Under the pieces are notes generated by a model. The model saw only the letters and a program-made list of their open reading frames with translations. It had not been told where the DNA came from and ran no database searches. The position numbers and the translations under genes are program-made. From assembly GCA_025786725.1 (NCBI GenBank), contig JAHLTZ010000024.1, positions 1 through 64,000 on the forward strand: a stretch of 64,000 nt of DNA, read 5' to 3'. Of this stretch, positions 37,545 through 48,928 are shown piece by piece; the first letter of the stretch is position 1, and every line of letters starts with the position of its first letter. Origin of the DNA: Syncephalis fuscata S228. Its lineage: Eukaryota > Fungi > Zoopagomycota.

Positions 37545-40500
37545 TGCTTTTTAAAAGATAGTGTAGTAAAAATACAATAAACAAGCTCGGATAAATGAAG
37601 ATATACTGACAGTAAGTTGGAAGAAACACAATTGGTATTTTATTTTTATATTTGCGCATTGCACACTTTATTCATTGTCTTATGGGCTAGCCATACTATG
37701 CCATATTATCACAAAAGCATCATTAGCTCTACACAATTTACTGCGGTATGGTCTTTAGCTGATTGCTTTGCACTGTCATATAACAATTGTTTTTGCACTT
37801 GCTACTGCTTTCAATAACAATTTATTTTAAAACGGCACATGCACTTTAAACACTCCGGTAGAACCTCCGATACCGACATATCGGGCTTAGTCAAATAAAG
37901 ACCGACAAAGGACTTGTGACGGCGTGTATCTTGGTCATAGCGCTTTGCCATTAGAACGTATAATGCTGCTTTAGGTATAGTGTTGGTACTTGCTTTTGCT
38001 CAGAAGCTATATTGCCCCAATTTCTTATCGTCGTTATCGTCCGGCTACGGGTCTACTGGCAAAACGGTCTAATTAAGCCATCAATGACGCAATTTTGTGT
38101 TGGTTTCAGATCTTATCAATTGCCCACTTTACGATTGTTATCGAACGATAGTTATGTTTATTTTATTAGTATAGAAATATAAACAATAAACAAATATATT
38201 AATTATGCACATTGTCATATTATTTGTACAGTTAGTTATAAAAGTATAACAAGTTGCATTTGTCATACTACAAAACAGGTAAATTCAGGTGTGCGGAAAA
38301 AAGCGTAAAGATGATTCCAAAGCTTTGGAATGACTAATGCAACAAACTAAATGGGTATGGAAGGCATAACAAAAAGAACAGTCTAATTGGCTGGATTAGC
38401 TTGGATCCTGATAACAACCAGCACCGTGCACTTAATAACGCACAGTGAGTATGGATATGTCCAGAACAAATCAATTATTTATGACTATTTGCCGATGTAG
38501 CTGTGGTTAGTATGAGCGAATATCAGTATCTATCCATTAGGCTTTATCAACTGAATTATGCAACGTGAATGCTTTTCACCAGTTTCGATTTTTTGCCACA
38601 TAAAATGACTTTGCCACTTTCCCCGAACCAAGCATTGCGTTTTTGTCTTTTCATACCATTGCCTATTGCTCAGTACACTTTTTACTTGTTAGACTTTAGT
38701 AATCACAAGATTGCTGCTAATTACTGTTTTGCATACCTAAGCTAAGTAAACGAATCTGTGTGGGCAGTACTGTTGTGCTTTTTGGCTGTGTGATTTGGTA
38801 GCATTCTTAGACACATAGTCGGCTACAACTATGTAATACTGTGGCATAATTCCAATATGCTACATAAGGTGCTTCAATACTGTATGGTTAATTAGCTATA
38901 CTGATTAGTGAATATGGGTGTTTACTATGTGCTTGCCTGTGGTAATTACATTGGTATAGTTATTTGGTTGTCGGTGCAACATGAAGGCTGTGCTTGAAGA
39001 TATTGTTGAGCCACTGCTTAATACTAATTTTAATACTTGGTATTTGATACTTGATATTTGATATTTTGATGGTACAGATAGAGTGTTGCTTAGGCAGCTG
39101 CTGTTAGTTTTATGCTGTATATATGTGCTAAAGATTGTATATAAATGACGTAAACAGTAGCCTTTATAATTAAGCAGCTATGAAGTAGCAGTGGTAATAG
39201 CCTATTCTGCATATTTATGAAGCTGTTAGGAGAAACAATGTTGATTTAGTACGACCGCCGGTCCAACGCTATTGCGGTTTTTATATTTATGCAGAGTAAC
39301 TATTCCAAATTGCTTGTCTTGGCGTAGTTATGCAGCAGGCATCATTGCCATAATTAATTTACATATATCGTTTACTTATACCACTTTTAATAGATTATAT
39401 TCAAGAACTGTTTATATTTTGCAAGATTAGGATTGTAATACACAATTTAGCACTTGGTTTGTAGTAGCATATTTTTATTATTTATGTATTCTTTTTTATT
39501 TGCTAAATAAAAGTAGCTTTTTATTTTCACAAATAGTATCATAGCACAACTAGCTTTAATATAATTACATTTACATTGTTTAATAACATTTGTGCAATTA
39601 AACTACAAATTTGTTCTATTGGATATGGAACTAAGTGGTGAATTTTAATAATGGCCAAACTATTGAATTATATTGTAATTTAAAGGTCAAATGACTTTTA
39701 TTTTTAATGCGTTTATTCATTTACTGTTAATCTGTTCTATGATGTACCAACATGTTGGGTAGATTGACTTTTATTATTTCACACTCCATTTATTAATAAA
39801 TTAAGCTCACGTCTTTATAAATATTGGCTGACAGAATTCACATCTCACAATCTACGTCACTACATTTTCTTTCTTTTTCTTCACACTTGATAGTATACAT
39901 CCATTGCATATACTTGTACACTCCATATATGATATATAGATAGTACCAGTATTTGATTGACTAATAGTCAAGTACAAACACCTTCTACACTATGTACTTG
40001 CATTACTTTTTTATAATCTGACCTTCATTACTCCGATCATTGGTATTGGCAGCTTTATTGACACGGTAAGTGCATTTCTGGCTTGTTTTATGCTATGCTG
40101 CATATATACTGTGAAACATCGTTGTATGTTTTGCTTATACTATTGATCGCAATTATAACTCGTCTGGCAATAACTCTGCAATCCCAGCAATGATTGTACG
40201 ATCTGCTACTGTCGAGATTGCAAAAACTGTTGTTAGTACAATCTGCAGTGGCGATTAGCAAAAAAAAAGAGTATGTAATGATCTTGGTAACCTATAGTCA
40301 TCACAGTCATTGTGTATTGCTACTGTTGTATGTGCAAAGTTGTCAGCATGACGGTAGTGCTGGCTATGCATTGGTAGATTTCTAGTGATAGAATGATATA
40401 GGTAAATAAAGGATATATACATACTGGATAATAAATATACAATAATGCGTATTTTAGTCACAAATGCCATTGACTGCTCAGTTTCATGTTTAATACAATA

Positions 40501-41406
40501 AATGTTAGTTTAAATGTAGTCATTTGACCACCAAATTGCAATATAATTAAACGATTTGATCATTAACATTTAGCACCATCCGACCATCTTCAATAGAACA
40601 AATATGTAGTTTATTTACATGAATGCTGTTAATTTCAGTCATTTGGCTCTTAAATAATAGCATTTTTAATAAACTGCTTAATATTAGTGCAATAGACTTA
40701 ACACAAATAATATAATCAAATAAAGCATTGATATTGCTATTGACATGGTTAGCGCGGGTGTAGCTATATAGAATGTAAGTGTTTGTAATATGATAACCAT
40801 ATGCTACAATTTAGGTAGCTGAATGACATGCAAAAGCTACTGAATATTGTATTGCATTACTATGGTAATAGTGCTATCTATTTAAAGTATGCTAAATAGT
40901 AAATTGTTTATAAAAAAGTGGCCGTATTGCTAATACCTGTAATCAAGACAGATATGGTATGATGACAGGAATCAACATTGCGATATAAACAGCACACTAA
41001 GCAGTCAATATATATATACATACACATTCAACAATACACGAAAGTAGCGCCAGTGGCAATGTCCATTAGCGAATACAAGCATGGTAGCTGCTGTTCGCTA
41101 TAGCTGTAGAGTTGTCGGCAGCATTAGCTTATATATGTGGCAATCAATGCCGATACATGTCAGTAAGATGCAGATATTTAAGCAATATACAGCAATATAC
41201 AGTTGTTGATGCGTATGTTAGTGCGCACTTGGCACCAACGACTGATACTATTACTATAGCTATGCAATAGCTAGCAGTATCGTTGCTGTTGATTGTAGTC
41301 AAGATACGTGCAGTGTTGTAATGTATGGTGGTGTGCTACCAATGCTAGTAATAAGTTGTTTATGACATTAGCAACACTAGCTGGGCAACATAAACAAGTG
41401 ATGGCT

Positions 41407-41912
41407 AACTAATTGGTACACTTTTCGATTTGTGTGTTTTTGAGCATTTTTGGCAAATCTGGTAATGGTCCCCCGTTACAGCTTTTTCAATAAATCGGGT
41501 ATTTTTCACCAGTGTCTAACTCCACCAATAATGCAGCTGGCAATGTGTAATAACATCCGCTATGACTGCATAGGCTTGGAGCATTGACACATAGACATTA
41601 CGCAGATTTGAAGCATTTGGGAATGTGCTAGAAACTAGAATGTAATTTAAATGTTATTTTTGTGTGATAATATTTCTATTTATATCGCTAGAACATTCCC
41701 AAATGCTTCAAATCTGCGTAATGTCTATGTGTCAATGCTCCAAGCCTATGCAGTCATAGCGGATGTTATTACACATTGCCAGCTGCATTATTGGTGGAGT
41801 TAGACACTGGTGAAAAATACCCGATTTATTGAAAAAGCTGTAACGGGGGACCATTACCAGATTTGCCAAAAATGCTCAAAAACACACAAATCAAAAAGTG
41901 TACCAATTAGTT
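41407..41912. repeat. Palindromic core copy 3 (56-nt loop 41632-41687), B flank on the left and A flank on the right
   Basis: Left flank ...CATAAACAAGTGATGGCT|AACTAATTGG is B type; right flank CCAATTAGTT|GGCTATTTAATAAATAG is A type. Confidence 0.95.
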
Positions 41913-44131
41913 GGCTATTTAATAAATAGTTAATTACACATTGCCAGCATCGATCCACATAGCCATAACTGGCCGCTAATGGCTGCTGCCAATTTGCTAA
42001 CTATATTGGTTAACAAACATTATTGTTAATAACTATTAGCTAACAAGCACACTAATAGCTATATTACAGATAGTTACAGCATGTACAATAGCACAATGAT
42101 ATGCACCGATAAACTGCTGGCTACATACGTTATGGACTGCGCGGCATTGGTGTGTATTGACTGCCTTATTTGTATTTATGGTGAGTGTATTGAACATTGC
42201 CAACGCAATTAGTAGGCCGTGTAGCCATGTAGCATGCTCACCGCCTATCATACATCTATTGGAAATCATTAATGACATACTGGTAATGCCAATGAGTCGC
42301 GATATATCATACAGTTAGTAGCGATTGTTGTCTTTGATAATTAAAGCGAATTTATAATAATAAAATCTACTTATAATTATTTTAGTTGCACGTGTTTCGC
42401 TTGATATTAGCTATGAACATCATGTAGATATCTGTTTATTTATAGTCACGATTTCGTATTAGCACTTCACCATTAACTCACAATAGCCATGAATATTGTA
42501 GGTGTATTATTCGTTATCTTTAATATACAATGCCATCGCAAAAATGCAATATTTCTACTTTCAATGGCTATGGTCATAGCAAAATGCCATGATTTTATTT
42601 ATAATAACTTGAAATGCCGATAAAGCACTAGTTTACAGATCAAACGTAAATTACTGTGTTAATGCTATGGCAGTATGTAGCAGTATTAAAAAATGATTCT
42701 AGTGCAATTAGATTGTAGATTTTAATATCGATTAAATTTAAGAGCGGTGTTGATGCTTTGGTTATACACAGTGTTATGTAAATGAAGCAAACTGTATGAT
42801 ATTTGCACAAGCATACTTATAACATATATGTAGCTATTGGTAAACTAAAGTGAGATTGTGCTGGGTATTGCTGCAATGGCTATGCTGATAGGCTAATAAA
42901 TGTGCATAAATAGCAATTTACGTAAATATCATCAACATAAACATAATCAAAATTTACGATTTTAAAATTTATAATATTAAAAACGAGACTTGGTCTAAAG
43001 TAAATCCAAAGCATTATACAGTACTAAAACATGCATAATACCGGGTTAATCTGCATAAAACCGATTTATAGTGGCAGTCTATGACATAGATATACATATA
43101 ATTTAGATTTTTGTTAACAAATATTTACGCAAACTGCATTTTTGACCAACATTTGTTGCAAAAATCGTTGTTCTATAAGTCATACCAAATGATGCAGCTA
43201 AGCACGAAGAATTTGAATCCGTCAATCGTTTTGCTATCTTTTAAGTATGTAGGCTGTGGATGGCATAAAACCGCTATTTATGCACATTTATTAGCCTATC
43301 AGCATAGCCATTGCAGCAATACCCAGCACAATCTCACTTTAGTTTACCAATAGCTACATATATGTCATAAGTATGCCTGTGCAAATATCATACAGTTTGC
43401 TTCATTTACATAACACTGTGTATAACCAAAGCATCAACACCGCTCTTAAATTTAATCGATATTAAAATCTACAATCTAATAGCACTACAATCATTTTTTA
43501 ATACTGCTACATACTGCCATAGCATTAACACAGCAATTTACGTTTGATTTGTAAACTAGTGCTTTATCGGCATTTCAAGTTATTATAAATAAAATCATGG
43601 CATTTTGCTATGGCCGTATTGATATCATTTTAACATTATAATCATATTAATATAATAGTGTGGCTAAATAATAATGCCACATGTAATTGGCCACAAGAAG
43701 AAGACATACCAGATATCAGTGCTAACTACTAACAAACAAATAGCTATTACAAGCATATAAAAATAAATATTTGTTAGTTGTGAATGCCTGAGCAGCTATA
43801 TAAACTGATACGCTGCTTTAATGATAAAGCACTGCAAAGTATTCAAGCTCTATTACCGGCTGTTTATTATAAAATAATAGCTTTATTTAATGTCGATAAA
43901 GATGATAAGTCTATGCTCTGCTCTATTTCTTTTTAGTTCCATGCAAGTTAGTCCATTATAGTTAAAACATAATGATTAATGATCAATAAGTTTACAATCA
44001 AATTAATATTAACCAACCAACACTTTACGTTTTGAGCGTTAAAGCGAGTATTAGTAAACATTAAAGGCTGTCGTTTACAAGATAAAGTCAAGATGATATG
44101 TTGTTTAATTATCTACACTACGATTTCTAAA
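41913..44131 (+). repeat. Third A arm (direct copy of 7857-10071, with scattered substitutions)
   Basis: Colinear match to the right arm of the 5-kb palindrome, ending ATCTACACTA(C/T)GATTT(C/T)TAAA. Confidence 0.95.
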
Positions 44132-44642
44132 ATAATTAGTTTAAAAACATGTCACTGTTAATATGCCGTTTAATAATACCCTATTCACTCTTAGCTATAA
44201 AATAGCTGTAATGATTCACAATCTAATAAATAATGGTTTACTCTTGTTTCATCTAACATTCTTATAAGCTTTCCTTTTATTTCTAATAGATTGAAAGTCT
44301 CAATCATTTTTAGTATTTATATTCATTCATTTTTACTGATTCATCATTTAATCAAATGGCACATTTATTAAAACTGTTTTAAATTATTTTACATGCATTT
44401 TACTACTATACTGTTTACATCCTGCATTTCTATTGAAATGTTTAGCGATAGAGGTTATCAAACATGAAAAATTGACATTATGATGCTGCTCATCAGCCGT
44501 AACTTACCTTGTACTAAAGATTAAAACCCACCGCAAAACAATAATAATTATGATAAATGAATTAAGAAAGACAGAAAGACAATTGCAGTAATATTCTCAT
44601 CCAAGCAGACCAACAGCTCTTTATAATTAATACACAACGTTT

Positions 44643-45218
44643 AAGTAAGCAATAAACCCCGATATAGACTGTATACTGAAGTGGACTCTGTCCAATAGTA
44701 TCTATATATTTTGTTATGCAGCATCATTATATTTTATTTTGTTTTCAATATAAATTCAAATTTATCGCTAATTATACCGCTGATCGGCTATTGATAATGC
44801 ATAGCCAATCACTAGACTAAATTGCTAGATCTATTCTAGTTAATATTGAAATGTACTCCTATCATTTAGCATTATATTGTAAATTCACGTGCAGCGTTGA
44901 GAATTAATATCAACACTGGATAAATCGCTAAGACAAATAAGATAGTAGTAAAAATTAGGACAGATAATATACGGTTGTTTTATTAATACAAAAGCTAAGA
45001 ATAATTATACTGGCTTGGTTAAAACTACGACGCGCATTTTTAGTAATTATCGACGTACCCATGTATGTCGATCATTAACCAATAAAATAATTTGTGTTAC
45101 AATAGATTTGCAATGTTAAAGCAAACAGTGCACTGCTAAAACGTCTAAAAAATAAGCTATCTAAATAAAACAAATACTTCTATTTATAAACAGCTGTTGT
45201 TTTGCAATATGAATATTA
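44643..45218 (+). repeat. Direct repeat, copy 2: duplicated 3' end and downstream region of ORF 33499-34323
   Basis: Matches 34268-34610, see that feature. Confidence 0.88.
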
Positions 45219-46633
45219 AATAGACTGGTGATAATTAATGTAGAGTAATAGGATCAACGGCTAATTTGTTTTACTAAACATTTGACCTTATAGATACACA
45301 AAATACATTGTCTAGCTATTTATAGCAACAGAACAAAGAGCTTTTACAATTCACGTAAAGCCTAAAATATATGTAGATTGTAGAAATAATAATAATAATA
45401 ATAATGATATTCATAGTGGTATAGGTATGATTCATAATTACAACAGTTTACTATACAGGATTAAATAGAAACAGGTATAATATTATGCATATTAGAATAC
45501 AGGCAGTCGTATCCATTACAATATCATTATTAACATAATGGACTAGTTTTATACTGATTAAAGCGAATATATTATTTATTAAACTAGACAATATACTTTA
45601 TAAAGTAGCAAGTTCCATCATTATGTGTACTTTTAATTCATCGCCAAGAGGTAACAGTAAGGCACTCATGGGACAGATCCATGATATGGCCATTCACACT
45701 TAGATATTCTCTACTATCAGTGTGGAGTGCTAATAGAACATGACATGCTCCTTGTATACCATGTGGTATCTACATACAACATACACGCACACATGTATGA
45801 TAGAAGTGGAATACAGATGCTCGGGCACGCCACGCGATACTTTGCGATGTGCACGCCCTTATCAAGTATACAAATAGAGAGCAATGTCCTTGATTGCCGT
45901 GTGCCTTGTTCTCGTTACTAAGCACACAGCCATTCCTTCACGTATTTGTTCTTACTAGTGGCCATTCTCCATTCCGTGTTTCATTCTCATACTGCCGAGT
46001 ACTTAACGAGTAAATAGCCGTTGAAACCAACTTACTTTCTCTATTTGCAGTGGTAAGATATTTTATGCGAGCGGTCCTGACTTTTCAGTTTATTAAGAAA
46101 GCTCACATTCTCCGACAACAACTTCTCCGCTTTTTATTACTCTCAACTTGCTTGCTCAGTTAGATATTTTATCACAGCCGTTGACATTCCATAGGATATA
46201 CTTTGGATTCCACTAAACTCGACTTGCTTTGCTAAACCGCTTTTGCACATGCACCTTTAGATTGACGGCAATCTAGCATTAGTACAGATTACTCGCCATT
46301 GACCTATATATCTATTTATCCATCTATTGGTATTGTTGGTATTAGTATTAATATTATTGGTAACAATAACAGCAAGAATATATTGGCGGCGTTTTTATAT
46401 AGTTATTATTGCCAGCGTGTAACCTTTTCGACGTTCGTTTCTCCATTGTCTTTTCCTATTCACTCCTTTATTCTTCATTTTTTAACATTATACTGTGCGC
46501 ATTCTTATTAACTACTGCGTAGCTTTCATCATTTTATTTGGACGTTTTTTGAACGTGTTCGCCGTATCGTCTATTCGTTATACTGGTGCATGCCGTGTGG
46601 CCTATTTATCTATCTATAGTTTAAATTGAAGCT

Positions 46634-48928
46634 ATGTCGGTCATTACTGCCACTGCAGCCAACACCACTGCTGCTGCCTCTGCCGTTGCAGCCGCCTCGG
46701 CTCCGGGAGCACCAACCACACTTGTGGATGTCATGACCGGAGATGGCAGTGCTTTGCCCTCACTACGTTTAGATAACACGGATGGGTCGGATAGAAACAC
46801 AGAGTCGACACCAGTAGTTACCGTAGTAAAAGATATAGTTTACGGGGAAGACTCGGACGACGACAGTCTTCCTATAACGCCCGATCCAGGCGATACAAGT
46901 GCCGAATTCGATGCGCATTTACAGCTGCCCAATGCGTCGACAACGTCGCTATCACTGGATGCGGAGACCGATTCGATTTGCTCGGCCAACGATCAGAGTG
47001 GCAAACGTCGTCGTCGTGCAGCTAATCCACCGCCACGTCCATCGGTCGAATTGTCGAGCACGGGCGAGTATGTGGCCACTGGCAAAGCAGGGACCGGAAT
47101 CCGCAGATCCTTTTTGGACTTGCCGCACAATGTTGGATCACATATCGCTAGTTTAATGCCACGCCCCATGCTAACACGATCACGAAGCGAGGGGGCTGGT
47201 CTATTTCGTCTTCGCAATGCTCGTTCTCAGACCGATTTACGTACGGCATATGGCCCACAGTCCAACAAGCCAGTGCGTATGCCTAGTGCAAACACTGCCA
47301 CTGGAACACAGCGTACAGGACATACGAAACGTCGTAGTAAACAGGGCTCTTCGGGCGATGGACTTGGAAGTCGCTCAAACTCGCAACGTAACGGCCAAGA
47401 TGAAGATCCATCTCAGGTAGAAAGGGATCAATACGGTTTTCGTAAAGGAAATCAATATCTATCATTGGAAGATATCCATCGATTTGAAAATGACTATGAG
47501 CAAACAGTACAGAGACGACGAGAAAAGTGGGCAAACCTATTAAAAGATTGTGAAGAAGGCCAATTGCCACCTCTGTCATCAAAGGTTAAACGATTTATAC
47601 GCAAAGGTATACCCGCTCATATTCGCGGTCAGGTAGGTGCAATCATTTCAGTATCGCCCTGGATTTAATTGTTACATCAGTGCTGGTTACATTACAGCGG
47701 TGCTGCCGATACAATGAAGCGGAACCAGGGTCGTTATCATCAGCTTGTAGCGCTATCGTCCGATCGTAAATATCGCGAATACCGTGATTTAATTGAACGA
47801 GGTAAATAGCTGTTTTATTGCAGGCACAGTCAAAGTAACACTGTGTTAGATTTACATAGAACTTTTCCTGAAAATATACAGTTTACTGCGGCTGCAACAA
47901 GGACGCCATCTAATAGTGGCGGTGCTCTGACAGCCTCTTTATCTAATGATCGTCGTGACCGACGTCCTAGTCCAGTAACATCACGATTTCGACAGCTGCC
48001 GGCCAGTTCAAGCGTGCCAGTATTACAGCAGCTACGCCGTGTATTAACGGCATTTGCTGTTCGCTGTCCCAGTGTTGGCTACTGCCAGTCACTTAACTAT
48101 GTTGCAGGTCTTTTGTTGCTATTTATGTCAGAAGAGGAGGCGTTTTGGATGCTGTGCACGGTAGTCGAACAGATTATGCCGGAGGGCATGTACGGCGTAA
48201 AGATGGAGGGTGTCACTGTTGATCAGGAAGTATTAATGCAGTTGCTCGAGGAACGCATGCCATCGATCTACTATCGAATGAATCGAGACGAGGATGAAGT
48301 TGGCGCGCCTCCAGTAACATTTGTCACTAGCCATTGGTTCCTTACACTTTTTGTAGATGTATTACCTGTGGAGGTAAGTAATCTAACGATGCTAATAGAA
48401 GTATATAATAATTATAATGTAATTATCGGTATTATTCATTAGAGCAATCTTCGTGTATGGGATTGTTTATTCCTGTAAGTAATAATTGTAATGATTAATA
48501 AGCAATAACTAACAATAGCAATAATGATAATAATGATAATAGTGAGGGCAGTGAAGTACTTTTCCGCGTTGCTTTAACGTTATTTAAAATGCACGAGCAA
48601 CAAATTTGCAATATTGATGATTCATTAGAACTGTTTCAATATCTACAAAATATGCCAAAACGTATGGTAGACTGTCACATTCTCATGGAGGTAAGTAGAA
48701 GTCACATTGACTTGTTAATCAATAATAACATGTGGTGTATGGTATGTTTAGAATTGTTTCCGTAAATATGCTAGTCTATCTCATGTCAGTGCCAAAGAAC
48801 TTGAGCGACGAAGGAAAGTGGCACGTGATATGACACGACGACGTGTATCTAATGCAACCAATGTTCCGGAAACAATTCCAAAACGAAACAATAACGGTCA
48901 TGACTTTGGTTCTTTTTTCCGTAACTAA
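46634..48928 (+). CDS. TBC-domain Rab GTPase-activating protein (Msb3/Msb4- or GRTP1-like)
   Basis: RDQYGFRK, KRFIRKGIPAHIRGQ, IER-DLHRTFPEN, VGYCQSLNYVAG, WFLTLF, LRVWDCLF-EG. Confidence 0.92.

Larger units (their letters stand above)
34798..41912 (-). repeat. Right arm of ~7.1-kb inverted repeat
   Basis: Reverse complement of 23205-30313, except for the orientation of the core loop. Confidence 0.97.

Noticed and set aside
5132-44131. The whole repeat system as a pure amplification or fold-back artefact
   Set aside because: Not adopted as the main explanation, because copies carry locus-specific SNP sets, the same core is reused at a precise boundary, and arms exit into different unique genes. 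Individual junction misassembly remains possible
44116-44135. CACTA at the outer end of the A arm as an En/Spm terminus
   Set aside because: It points outward from the repeat, and there is no matching TAGTG end with a 3-bp TSD
5123-44140. Target-site duplications for the A-core-B units
   Set aside because: The flanks at 5131, 10089, 22577, 30314, 34797 and 44132 show no convincing matching direct repeat
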